DNA of 64,000 nt, from positions 1,798,001 to 1,862,000 of the forward strand of contig JBHGNT010000010.1 in NCBI GenBank assembly GCA_043228905.1, written 5' to 3'. Shown one piece after another: positions 1-12,804 of the stretch (within the stretch, counting starts at the first letter, position 1; each line of letters begins with the position of its first letter). The notes under the pieces were generated by a model. It ran no database searches and was not told where the DNA came from. It saw only the letters and a program-made list of their open reading frames with translations. This DNA comes from Azolla caroliniana (Eukaryota > Plantae > Polypodiophyta). The position numbers and the translations under genes were made by a program.

Positions 1-644
1 CCTTAATTTGACAAGCTGCTCAAAGTTAAAACCTGGTGCGTGTTCCCTGCTTTCTGTATGTGTATTCTGAAATGCAGACTACATTTACATCCTAAAAAAT
101 TTTAGGACAAAACTTATCATCCAAACTTTGGGATTGATATGACCGAGATTTAAGTCTGAATGTGCTTATATATATTTACTTCGATTACTTATGTCTTTTT
201 TGCAAGCTTGATTATTTTATTGAGCATCATTTTTGCAAGCTTTAAAAGAAACTTAAGAGCATTATTTATGGTGTACAACAGATGGGTTCCAACTGCATTG
301 CCCATCATTGAAAGAAGTACACGTTGGTAAGTGTGGAAAAGAGTGCGTGGACAAGATTCAGTATCAGGTAATGTGCTTGCTAGATTTCTATGTCATTTTC
401 ACGTAGCGAATTACTTATTTTACATACATTGTTTGACTGTAACACTAGTTTCTTAAACACATTTATCATATGTATATATATGTATAGAGTTCTAAAATAT
501 ATATCACATATAATGTATAAATATATGCAGATGGATCATGGTCTTTTAGATCCGAGGGTCATCTGGCGGCGCCAAGCAGATGGGTCAAAACGAGTGCAAG
601 CACCTTGCATAGCTGAGGAGCCATCAATTTGTTCAACACCCTGA
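1..644 (+). CDS. FBL17: 3' end of F-box/LRR-repeat protein 17-like gene (exons <1-35, 282-367, 531-644)
   Basis: Splicing at GT-AG sites gives LNLTSCSKLKP/DGFQLHCPSLKEVHVGKCGKECVDKIQYQ/MDHGLLDPRVIWRRQADGSKRVQAPC...*. This matches my recollection of the plant FBL17 C-terminus (LNLNSC..L.P..L.LQCP.LE.VH...; ADGSKRV.VP). The gene starts upstream of the window. Confidence 0.72.
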
Positions 645-2347
645 AAAACTCGTTATCCTTCTGGTCTATCACACACCGAATAAACCAGAAATCCTTCTTT
701 GAAAAGCCAATATATTTCTTCCATTTACAAGAGCTAGCATTATTTTTTGACGTCATAAAATAAGGAAAACAATTGGTGCTGCTGCAAGTGATGAAGTCTC
801 GATTAGACTGTATAGAGGGTGACCCTTAAATATGTATATATACATATACAGATACATATATATATATATATATTTATTGAGGGTTTTGAATAGAATTCTC
901 AATTAGAATAAGGAAGAGCACACTTCAAACAGTGAATCTCTGATTACTTTTGTAAGAGTTAGTTGATCATTTAATGATCTCTAACGAAGTAAAAGCCTTA
1001 GTTCCTATTGCATTGACTTCTCTGTTAATGCAGGTTGAACAAAATCAAGGCAAGAGAAATAAATTCTAGTCTTGTTAGGTAAGAGTGTAATTTTTGCTCC
1101 TTGCTCTTGCTCCTTCTATGAAGAAAACGAGTACTGTATTCCCATTAAATTCATCAAGAGAAAATGAATACTTAAACATTTCAATCCCTTTTGTGTCTTC
1201 AGAAACGATTCATAGCAAATGGAACTCCCGAGGCTACATAACTGTTAATGTCTTAATTATAAATTTGTATACGCATTTCCAAGTGTCATATTATTGAGGG
1301 TATGCTTAAGCATGGTGCTCTAAAATACGGTAGAATGTGACTTTTTTGCTTTGAACCCGAAAAGATAAGACTTATTGTGAAATGAGTATGTTTTTCTTCA
1401 AAGTATCAACCTCATCTATTTGTACACTTGGCTTATTGGAAGGAAAGCAAATGTTCCATTTCACCAAATTCCACAGCCTAGTATTTTAGTTAATTTATAA
1501 AATTTGTTCTTTTTGAAAATACACTATTGTTTTTGCCTCCTTAATCCAATTTTGCTTCCTCTTCTGTGTACACATGCTATACTCAAGTTTACCAGGGAAT
1601 ATATAACAGTGATCCAATCTGGAACCAATTTTTATGTGTTAGCTTAATTAAATATAAAAGAACTATGGCTATACGTATTTTCCACAACATTGATATTTAC
1701 CTTCAATCACTCTTTGAAACTTACAGATTGAAAAAATTTCCAGTATGTAATCAGCAGGTTTTGCATAGTTGTCAAAAACTGGATTGTTGATACTGGTACA
1801 CCAAGAATCATGCTCATAAGAGGATAGAAAAAATTCGGCTCAATTAATCATTGCTTCAATATGTGGTCCCTGTTAAAGTTATAAACTATGATAACTCCCT
1901 ATATGAAAGTTACCATGTTCCTCAGTGTCTCAAAATTCACAATTGCCGACATCCAGCATAGACAGTCTCAAACATCGTTGAAGGACTGTATACAATGGTG
2001 TTAATGATAGGAAGGGTATTCAAGTCATCCTATTTTTCAGTGGATCGTCTTTCAAAATTCACATTCATCTAAAGGTGAAACCACTGTTTTTGGAATCATA
2101 AACCTAACTACTTTGATGTAGCATACAAATGAATAGGGTTGATAAGGACCTTAAGGGGAAGGCTATGCATATTATGAGCAGCTAAAAACAACTATTCTCA
2201 GAATTATGTGGAGTGAAGCACGCGAATCCAAAAATGGGCAAGATGCTGCGGTGCATAGCCAGCTCCAAAACAAACAAATAAGTAGAATCCGTAGTGAAGG
2301 GCCGGCTCTTCCCGTTTTAGCTTCTATAAACCATTTGATTATGCTCA

Positions 2348-5300
2348 TCAAGTAAGCAGTGTCAGTTGAAGCTTTGAGCGATTTGGCTGTGTCTCAACAA
2401 CTTGAATATGAACCATGACTGCATCAAGCACTTTGTATTCCTTTGTGCCATCCCTTTTGATGATCTTCTGCTGTTCTTCATCAATCACCCAATCAAATGT
2501 TTGTTTCTCATTTTGCTCACTTCCTCTCTCCTTGGTTGTAATATATACAGGACCTTCGATACCAAACCTAGAAATACACCACCACGTGTTTTTAACTATC
2601 AGCCAAATGAAATGTTTTAAGTGCCACATCTGATTTGAATGAAATTTTTAGCAGCGAATTAGAAATAGAAATAGAAATACATACTATATATATATATATA
2701 CAAATTTCATCATCATCATTATACTTACTTTGGCACAAATACTATGAAACCATTTGACCTTACTTTGACAATTCGAGCCTCTGCAGTAGTTGGGCTATAT
2801 AAACACAAGCATTACGAAATAAGATGAAGTCTCAGTAATAAAAAGAGAGCAGGTCTAGAATCATTCTCACCGATCACGGAAGAAGATGAGGGTGTGAAGT
2901 TCTATAGAAGCTCGGCCTGCCATTTGTGCGTTCCGGTGACGGAAATTCAAATCTAAGACACAAAAAGAAAATCACTCTCCAGTATCACAAATATACAATA
3001 AGGTCACGCTTTTGCACTAAACACAACTCACTGTCAGCAATGTTGTTGAGTTGAGCTTTGTCATGAAAAACTGTTGGCAACTTAAATAAATCCAGTGAGG
3101 CAGCAAGTAAACGATGCACAATCACATCTGCGACAACAATTATGGCATGTTCATTCTTATCATCTACTCTTATTGTATGCCTAGAGGAAAATAACCTCAT
3201 ACATTTGGCAAGTATATTGCAATATGAAACTTAAAGGATGCAACCGAGCCAGCCATCAAGAGCGCAATTTACATCACCTATAAGATATCATCAGCTGAAC
3301 AAAGTACCTGCATAACGACGAATTGGCGAGGTGAAATGAGTATAAATTGCTGTTGCTAGACCATAGTGATGATATTCAGGGGGAGTGAGCTCTCCACTAC
3401 AAAAGTAGAGTGCCTGCATTTGTGTCCATAAACTGTATATCAGAATCCCATGTTTTGAGAAGCAAGGAAAGTAAGTAAAATATCATTGTCTATAAAAGGC
3501 CAAAATGACCTATAAGCCAAAGCGTGTTTTAAATTTGTACAAAACTGACATAATAATTGTATCTCGACATAAATATGATAGATAGTCTATAAACAAATTA
3601 GATATGTTAGATAGAGAGGGAGGAGATGGAGAATAAATACGGCAATTCTATACCTGAGTCATACACCGAGTTGCTAGTATCCTAATAAGTTTGTTGAAAT
3701 ACGGATCAGTACCCTGGATTTTATTGCATGTAGTTATATATTTGCATCAAAATAACAAGAAGCCAAATCAAAACATAACGTGAACATGCTTCATACCACT
3801 GCATTATCAAGAGAATCAGCCAACGTTTTTGAAGTGGTAATATCCAGCTTCACACCTACAGCAGCAGCTGTTCGGATAAGAGGTTCCAGCATTTTTGGTG
3901 TGGGTATTGGATGCCGCCTAAACAGTTCATGTTCTTCTTTACATGTTGAGGATGATAACTTTGTATAAACAGGAAAATTGACAGACTGAATAGGCTAACA
4001 TTTTACTCACCGTAGTAGACCACACAGAGGATAGTGTTTCAATATTTTTTCTGCCACTGAAATATTTGCTGCAAGCATGAACTCTTCAATCATTTGATTT
4101 GCTTCTCTGATTTGATACATCCCTGTACGATATCCATTTAAAAAATTCAGTTTGTCTTTTTAATTCAGAAATATTGTGAAATGCACATAAGACATCAAAA
4201 TCAGCCTAGTTAGCTTCTTACTTCTTACTCAATTTATAGTTGATACAAAGGTACCCATTTGGGTTGGCTTAGCTAAAAAGAAGGTACATGCATCCTAAAA
4301 AGGGTGTGCTAAAAGGGTGGCACAAAGGAACACATTTCCACCACATTTCCCCCCTGAGAGAAACAAGAGACTGAGGAGCAGGAATAGGAACAGGAACAGG
4401 AGCAATCGCTTGTCGAAGGAGGGGGCGCATCTGTTGGAGATAGAGCCCCCCAAGTGGCACTATCCATGTTGGCGTGTTCGAAAAGGGTTGATCCGTGTTG
4501 ACGCCTGTACGGATGTATTGTAGGCGTGGGTGATGAAAGGCAAGATTTGATCCCAGGTTTTGTTGCATGGATCGATGTAAGCAATCTCCTTGTTGAGGGT
4601 CTTGTTGAGGTGTCCGGTGAGGCCATTTGTTTGAGGATGGTATGGGGATTTAAGCACCTGTTGGACACCTAGTTGAGCTGCAATGACGTTAAGGAAATCC
4701 CTGTGGAACTGGCAGCCTTGATCAGATAATAGTTGGACGGGGCTAGTGACGGAAAATGAGCTAGCAATTGGCAGATAGAGATCAATCCCTCTTGTCGACT
4801 GAGGGCCACCTGGACTTGGCTGAGATGGGGGACGGGAGGGCTATAGGCGGATAGAGATCAATTGCTCCTGTGGACTGAGGGCCACCTGGACTTGGCTAAG
4901 GTGGGGGACAGGAGGGCTATCGTGTCGGAGGGGGATTGGGGAAAGATCAATTGGCGGAGAAAGACCAATCCCTCCTGTGAACTGAGGGCCACCTGGACTT
5001 GGCTGAGGTGGGAAACAGGAGGGCTATTGTGTAGGAGGGGGGTTGGGGAAACTCGTGGGACAAGAAGTTACTGGGCAACCTAAGGTGAGGGGGAAGAGGT
5101 GGATGCTTGGATATGGGGGACTGGTACCCCGTTTCTCCACCAATATGTGAAATGCACATAAAAGATCAAAACCAGCCTAGTTAGCTTCTTACTTCTTATT
5201 CAGTTTATAGTAGATACAAAGGTACCCACTTGGGTTGGCTTAGCTAAAAAGGGTGTGCTAAAAGGGTGGCACATAGGAACACATGCACACCGCATTTCCA

Positions 5301-8300
5301 CCACAATATATTGACATAGCCTTGCAGTTTTTCCTGAATAATATTGGTTGGCAATATTAATGTTAACCTTGAATCAAACCATGGAAATAAATACAATAGC
5401 CAAAGACTACTTTAAGATAGGAGTACAGTCACTAGCTCTAAACTGGAATTGACAGAAAAACATACCGATATCAAGAGGATTATGTGTTTCTGTGTCTATG
5501 TCAAACTTTACTTCAGGGGAAGCCAGGGTCAAAGCTCCACGGTCTATACGGCGCTGTCTCATGATCTTGAGTCCAAATAAATTACAGAACACTGTAAGAC
5601 AAAGATCAAACAAAGAATAGCAAAATGAATTAAGCAATCAGTGAAGCACCTTTGCTAGAGTATTCATATTACGGAGATCAGTGGTAAGAGGATCAACTAG
5701 CCGACTGCCACAAAGAGAAAAGTAAACAAATTATAAACAATAATCAAAGCCTGATCTAACAAATAATTAAATTCCAGAAGCAAATGCCTGTCATCCATGC
5801 GTGCTTGAGCCTCTATATAAGACATTGCAGCAACAGACTTGATCACACTTTTTGTGTATCTTGTTGAAATAATTTCTGCCTCACTTGACATGTCCTATAA
5901 AACATCAACATTATTACATAGTATACTTCCTGTAATTACAAAAAGACACACGCCTAGTTTCGGAATGCTTGTCTTGCATACAGGCAATACATACATAATG
6001 TAGCATTTACTGAGAAGAGGTAATTATCTCATATTTATCAAATTTATGCATCTATTACTTTACAGAAAGAAGGTGATAGCAAATAAATGCCACATGTTAC
6101 CAGGAATAGTATACTAAGATTTTCTCTAACAAGTTCAACTCAACATGAATAAGTTATTGAAGGATAGCCAATGTCTGTGTCATTTAAGAATCAAATTGTG
6201 CCAAAGCAGGCAGAACGGAACACTAGGTGGAAAATGTGTTGTACAGTGGCAGCTGTCTATCTAATATGACGAAATAGTATGTTTATCCATGCTTTATCAA
6301 CAAGAAAATTTGCGAATGTAGCATATTCAAGAAAATTACCCAAATCACTGAGAAGGCCAATCGCTCAACATCTGCGCGAAGCGAGCAAATATCTGGTGTA
6401 GCAAAAGAATCATATATACAGAAAGCTCACAGCGATAATCAAATGAAATGTTTATCGTTGCTTTATATGTATGTAACATACCTTCAGTAAGAGGCTTCGG
6501 AAGCATATCAATCCGCTGCTCCACCAAGTACACAGATGTACCTCTCTTAGATGCTTCCTCGTCTAATGGTGTCCCCGGAAGTACAAAATTTGTGACATCT
6601 GCTATATCTAGTATTAACATGGGTTAAAGAATAGTTGTTGAACGCAGCCCTAATTATGCTCAAATTTATAGTAAACGTTTTGCCAAGGGCTTCAATAAAT
6701 ATAAATAAAGAGAACCCTGTCTATACAAGTTGGTTGTCGTCAGCATGAGATGCATAAACTCTATCAACTCATAAGTCATAACTATGAGAACTTCAAAACC
6801 AGGATACGGACTCCAACTTCAAAGTTCCCATTGGGGAGAGGTGTACAATGTAATGCATCATCAATATCTCTACAACCTGCATGTTACAAAGAATACCAAT
6901 TTCTAGAATAATTTGCTGTGGTAACCAAGTTATGGGTGACAAATTAATCAAAACACTTGATTTTAGAGCAGTTTGAAAGAAAATTCTCTTCTTTCGTGAT
7001 CAAAAGTTTGCCCTGGAGCCATTATATCAGTGGAAGCACAAAGAAGGTTAAATACACTACTATTTTGGATGTACCAGGATATCACAGATCTTAGATATTA
7101 TGATTTACATTATCCTACAGTTAGATTGTTAATGTCATAAAATATCCTAAGGAACTATTCACTGGTAAAGGAAAATAAAGGTATATCGCTAGCTATTTTT
7201 TAATTACAGTACATTCATAAGACAATACAAAGAGTAAACCACAGCTCCGACCAGCTAAACCATCTCACCTGGAGGATCTACACTGAATACACGTATGTGT
7301 CTAAGGTCTTCACGATACGCGCAGTTAAGGTCCTCCAGAGAAACAGACCATGGAAGTGGAGGAAGACATGATAGAACCTGCTCTGAGAAAGGCCTATTAT
7401 CTATGTCATTTTCAATCATGAGAACCTGCAACCATAAATTCCATAAGATAAAAAACAACTAAAGAATGCTATCAAGTTGCCAATGTTTACACACACCTCA
7501 CTCTCTGTAGCTCGATCGCCAATTTCACCAATAGTTCTTATATAATGACCAGAAGGGAACCGCAAGGTTCGATCCCATGAATCAACAGCGACTAATATTC
7601 TCTTATTGATAAGATTCCCAAATTGGCGAGTTTGAATGCGAATTTTTGGAATTCTCTTGTCAGAAGATACGAAAAGAGCATTTACAGTGCCTCCGTCCCC
7701 TGCAGGCATCTGCATGGGTTCCAATGATCCACAATACCTGTATGTACAACAATGGGAGTACTGCTGAATAAAAATTACCAAGTCCTGAAGGAGCCATAAT
7801 TAGATTACTTACGAGTGCCAATTACGTTTAATTACACCCACGACCCGACCACAAGGCTGTAAACCTGCTTTAGAAGCATTTTTATCTTGCCGCATGGGCT
7901 CGCATGGTGCATCATCAGCACTCTCAGGAGCCAAGCTCACCTTTTCCTCAACATCCTCTTCCTCTTCTGCCACAAAATAAACATTCCCATAGCTTTCATA
8001 CACACTCCAACATTCATTCAAGCAGTTCCTGCAAATTAGGGAACACCTTTACCATCTTCCACAAGCTTTATCATGTTTCCTTCTTTCCATAGCTCCTCTG
8101 GCAACAGTTCAACAGCCACCACATCACCATCAAATGATCGATTCATGTTGATCCGCCCATAAACTACAATTTCATCTCCGATACTTTCACTACCAACATA
8201 AGCTTCTAATGGATTGTAACGATTTACACGGAGCTTTCCCTGATGGAAAATGCCCTGGCGTAAACCATTTGTAATTTCTGACATTGGTTTATGCTGAAAA

Positions 8301-11300
8301 ATATACAGAGCAGATCAAGTTATTAACAGTAGACAGCCTGTGCAATAAAACATATCACAATTCACTTTACCACCTATCCAAGAGATACCTCTTCATATAT
8401 CAATTTTTTCTTAGATGGACGTAACTCCTCCACATCCATATGAGTTGTATTATTGTCATTATCTGTTTGGACAACCAAGTCCAGGAGTTCTGGCTTCCCA
8501 AGTGACTTCACAAATGATTGCACTGAATGTCGTGGCCAAGTTATATGGTTTTTCCAAAAATTGGAAAGAGAAAATAGCATGTCCATAAACTTCACAAATT
8601 TACCTGTCTCTGTCCGTATTCCCTCTTGAAGTGCTCTCTTTTTATTTTCAACATCATTTGTCAGAAGCAATATGTTTGGCCCCCCAAGTAAATGCTTCTG
8701 ATACCAAAGGCTTGCAGTGCGAATAGCTAGCATGCAATTAATGAATTAGAAAGAATAATCTGGCTCAGTATCACAGCTATGAGCTGTAGAATTAATATAC
8801 TCCGAAAATGTGGTTATAAAGAGGGTAGTAAACTGATGGAAGTAATTATGCTGAATAAAGAAACCTCTATCATTACGATCATTGACACTTTCCCCTGGTA
8901 AAGCCTTTACATAGGTGTCCCTGTCCAAGAAGTGGATATGAATAAGGATACTTTCCACCGAGGTCACTCATTCAAAAAATTCAGTACACAGCAAATGTCA
9001 TGTTCCTTGATATATATTACAAAACACCAGCTAGATGCAAAAGTGGAGAATATGTAAAACTGCACACTCAAATCATGAACCATGACCTACTTGTTATGCT
9101 CATTTGCAAAGACAAAAAAACGGCGTGTAGGATTGCTACATAATGCTCGGAGACGGTTATACAAGCTTAAATTTCTGTTCTTCACTTCCTCAAGCACCAC
9201 AGAAAGTATCACAACATCATCTATTGCACTATTCTCTAGAAGATCAATCTACCAAGAAAGTTCCAAAGATATGTCAGAACAATTAAAAAAAGATGAAAAT
9301 AGCTGAAATAATAGTTTAAACTACATATTTAAAAGTTTTGAGAGGTACATGATGGAGTGTGACATTTGTATCCACTATCAAGATATTAGCTGCAGACTCA
9401 CTAAGGCAGGCAGATTCCTTGGCACAAACTGTGCAATATAATGCACCACAAGGTATATCATCTCGTAAGTAATGCTCTCTGACCACCTGCATTATAATAA
9501 ATTCCATCTTATTACAGTATATTAGTCATATAATGTCACACATAGTTGACTGAGAAGTACCAGGAACATTGCCTTATTACTACGAATGTTAATGTGACCA
9601 CTCACCAGAAAGATTTCCGCAATTCAAAGAAAACATCAGCATACTTTGTCAATAATTTCATTATTTCTCGTATGTAACATTGTTTACAGAGCGGGCGCAT
9701 AAATATTTCCACAAATCAAAGGCAACACCAGCATACTTCCCCGTGAGTTTAATTATGTCCCATAGGTCATGTTGTTTACAGAGGACGTCAATGTAACTCT
9801 CTCTATATACATAAGGAGAGAAAGAAAGAAAGAAAGAAATATTAACATTTCTTATGAGTTCAGAATGGCCTATGGGACTGAAAAGTACATCTTAAAATGA
9901 ACCAAAATAAATATAGCTAAATTTGTAAAACTGCCAAAGCTACCAGATATTCTTGTTAGCTAAGCACTTATTCTTGAGTTTAGATGGACTGAAACTTCTA
10001 CTTTCAAAAGATCTCCAACACCACCATACCGAGATGAGGTCTCTGAACTTCGGCGTGAGGGAAGTTATATAACTGAATGCATATCATATGCATATGTAAA
10101 ATATAAACATGCATACATAATATAGATTTAGTACTCGACTAGATTACACCCTTCAATTTTAGCTTATAAAATTATGCCATCATAATTATATGAGTTCGGG
10201 TAGGGCCAGTTCAGAGACAGTAATATTCTCTTCCTCGCTCATTTCTCTCGAAGAGGACCTATACTAATACACCAGTTTTTTTTCATAGTACTCGGTTTGA
10301 AATCTAGTAAATTTAAACAAATATCAGTTTTTCTTTCTTTCTCTCTCTCTCTCCAAGAAGAAACACACAATTTTACATGTTTTGAAGGGTCCCTAGGTCA
10401 TACTTCACCACCAAGGATGATAATAAAACCTTAGGTAATCACAAGCACCATTGATATGAGGCAAGGATGCCCATTGTCCCCTACACTCTCCCAATTGTAC
10501 ATCAACGAGATACTGGACTAATTTGCGTGTGGAGACAACGAGGGAATTGACATATTAAGTACACCTGTCTGTATTCTTCTTTATGCTGTGACATGATCTT
10601 GGTATCTGAATCTCATGCAGGTCTAACATCATCTGACTGTCCTTGATTTTTGCCATTAAAACGGGTTCACAATAAACCTAAGGAAGACTAAGGCCATGAT
10701 CTCCCTCACATCTGAGCTGACTCCCCAACTCGCCAACAAGTTGTCTTCACCTTATCAGGAGGGCAATTTGAAGTAGTTGATTCCTATGTATATCAACCGC
10801 TTGTTCCACCACACCAATCAACCTCAGATACAATGTCCATTCACCACTACTCAAACCATACATTTTAGTTATGCACTTTGTGCTTGTAAACCATCTTCAT
10901 TAAAATTATTATCATGACGCTTTAGAAAACCTAGAGATTTTATTTTTGTTTCAGTATGCACAACATGAATTAACCCATATTTGTAATCATGATTTGTCTC
11001 ATAGATGTGTTAGAATTACTTTCATTTCTTTCTTTCTTCTTGCTCATTCTCTCTCCCTATCGAAGTAGTGTTTATTTGAAAGCAACATGATAATATAAAA
11101 TACCTTGCTGTCCAACCACAATAGTGAAGATATTATGGCAAGGTAAACCCTCTTAAGGTTCTGCAATACTAGCTGCAGTATGGCAAGTCTACTGGGGCCC
11201 AGGTGACAGCAAAGCTCATTTATCAAAACTGTCAAATCAATTGCCTTGTCAGCGTATATACTTGATGCAGTACTCCATGGAGATCATCAACACGAACTTA

Positions 11301-11728
11301 TTTCTCATACTCCAATTGTCCTTTTGACCCCAGTATCTAAACTCTTCAAATAAGAACTCATTTCTCATACTCCAATTGTACAATAGACCCCAGTAGCTAA
11401 GGGAGTCAAACAAGAACCAATTTCTTACACTCCAATTACACCATACCTATGGCAGTTGGGCAAGAACTCAGTTCTTATACTCTAATTGTATTAAAACTCA
11501 GTAGAAAGGTAGCATAATTTCCCTATTTACGGATGCCAAAAATTGCTACACAACAGCCCAAATTTCTCCTTATCTCTCTAATACATACATACATACCTGT
11601 ATGTATGTATGTAGGTATGTACGTGTGTATGTATGTATAGATTGATAAATAAGAGTTTGAGTTTAGAGACTAACCTTAAGGACCTGGCCTCGCTTGGTTT
11701 TCCTCATGAACGACTTACTCTGCAGCAT
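2348..11728 (-). CDS. RRP44: Exosome complex exonuclease RRP44/DIS3 (PIN, cold-shock, RNB, S1 domains), 24 exons: 11728-11675, 9486-9349, 9248-9091, 8920-8865, 8726-8604, 8522-8389, 8293-8053, 7966-7813, 7737-7497, 7425-7269, 6876-6808, 6607-6482, 6392-6340, 5894-5788, 5704-5650, 5565-5466, 4122-4011, 3917-3797, 3713-3654, 3413-3308, 3127-3032, 2952-2871, 2794-2729, 2567-2348
   Basis: N-terminus [35 protein letters not shown] motif IVDTN, RNB catalytic motif [33 protein letters not shown], and S1 motif [17 protein letters not shown]. The exons join in frame to TGA at 2350-2348. Confidence 0.96.
4175..5305 (-). mobile_element. Miniature non-autonomous Ty3/Gypsy LTR element in RRP44 intron 16 (LTRs 4175-4345 and 5146-5305)
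   Basis: Two TG...CA direct repeats of ~160-170 bp with ATAT on both flanks. PPT at 4346-4355. PBS TGGTGGAGAAACGGGGTA at 5142-5125 is tRNA-Ala-like. Integrase core remnant LLSDQG...[16 protein letters not shown]...[14 protein letters not shown]. Three internal ~70-bp repeats at about 4774-5028. Confidence 0.88.
9606..9785. repeat. Degenerate ~90-bp tandem duplication in RRP44 intron 1
   Basis: Two related units of the form atttcc.ca..tcaaag..aaca.cagcatactt...ttgtttacagag. Confidence 0.5.
10380..10800 (+). mobile_element. Degenerate non-LTR (LINE) reverse transcriptase fragment in RRP44 intron 1
   Basis: Translates to [22 protein letters not shown] and a frameshifted ILLYA(D)DMIL, the LINE RT motifs QG.PLSP and YADD. 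Stops and frameshifts are present. Confidence 0.75.
11290..11503. repeat. Minisatellite, ~58-bp unit, 3-4 copies
   Basis: Repeated aagaactcatttctcatactccaattgt...gaccccagtagctaa. Confidence 0.65.
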
Positions 11729-11958
11729 CTTTCTGTCTACGCACGCTCTGAGTCTTGCCCCCAAAAATCCCAGGAAATTAGCATAAGCAAAAGAAGAAGA
11801 AGAAGAAGAAGAAGAAAGAAAGAAAGAAAGGAGGGTTTCTCAACAAATGAAGGAGCAGGGCCGGCAACGAGCGAGCGAGCGGGCGAGCAGAGAATAGTGA
11901 GGACTCTGACGGAACATTACAAATTTACAATGAATGAATTTTAGCTAATTATAAGTAA

Positions 11959-12272
11959 GGGAAAAGTACCAAGATACCCCCTGGAAGTTCGTCTATTTAC
12001 CAAAATGCCCCTGGAAGTTTCAAATTTACCAAACTACCCCTATGTCCAAAAAAATACACTTTATCAAGTAAGTACAAAGGACCCAAAGAATCTTTTAAGT
12101 AAAGAAATTTGTGTTTGAAGGGTATTCTGGTAAATAGGGCTTGTAGATTTGAGTGTATAATTACTTTATAAGGTGTATTTTTTTGGACATAGGGGTAGTT
12201 TGGTAAATTTGGAACTTCCAAGGGCATTCTAGTAAATAGACAAACTTCCAAGGGTATCCTGGTACTTTTCCC
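11959..12272. mobile_element. Mutator-like MITE with ~105-bp TIRs and 9-bp TSD
   Basis: GGGAAAAGTACCAAGATACCCC... is the inverted complement of ...GGGTATCCTGGTACTTTTCCC over ~105 bp. Flanks are TATAAGTAA (11950-11958) and TATAACTAA (12273-12281). No coding capacity. Confidence 0.9.
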
Positions 12273-12409
12273 TATAACTAATTATACGGACTCCTACAAC
12301 TTTCTACCAAATCTCTATCTCTTTTATCGTCTTGGGTTCGAAACCCAAATTTCTCACCTCTCCATTAGATACTTCATACATATCTCTTTTAATTCACTTG
12401 ATGCCATCG

Positions 12410-12482
12410 TGGAATGTAGAAGTTGAACCCATGACCTCCTAGTCTCCATTAGGCAACCTTACCAACTGAGCTACAAATCTCC
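12410..12482 (-). pseudogene. tRNA-derived sequence (tRNA pseudogene or SINE-like head)
   Basis: Minus strand has A-box TAGCTCAGTTGGT, an anticodon-like arm CCTA-ATGGAGAC-TAGG and B-box GGGTTCAACT. The acceptor and T stems do not pair properly. Confidence 0.55.
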
Positions 12483-12804
12483 CCATTGTGTGGTGTCTTC
12501 GCGTAGAAGTACCTTTAACTTTTGTTTGTAATGTTTACCATGGTTTTATCAACGTCAACCAAAACTAAATTGACATTGCCACAATGTGTACTCATTGATA
12601 TGTATCTTGCGATCTCAATAATGTTTGCGTTTTTGGAATTTAGTGACACAAATATTCTTGATGTTGTAAGCTTTCTCAAAGTCTCTTAACTTCAATTGGA
12701 AGTCAATAAACTATTTCACTTGGACTCACTAATATTAAACATTGAGGTTGTAGTAAGTGATTGTTACTCGTATGAGATGTACAGGGAGGGTGAGAAACTA
12801 TAGT

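Noticed and set aside
282-327. Strong-looking donor GTTG|gtaagt at 327 as the FBL17 exon end
   Set aside because: It puts the last exon in a frame lacking the ADGSKRV motif. The donor at 367 keeps the family similarity. It could still be a minor isoform.
11290-11503. Regularly spaced repeats resembling a CRISPR array
   Set aside because: Eukaryotic intron, the 'spacers' are related to each other, and there are no cas genes. It is a minisatellite.
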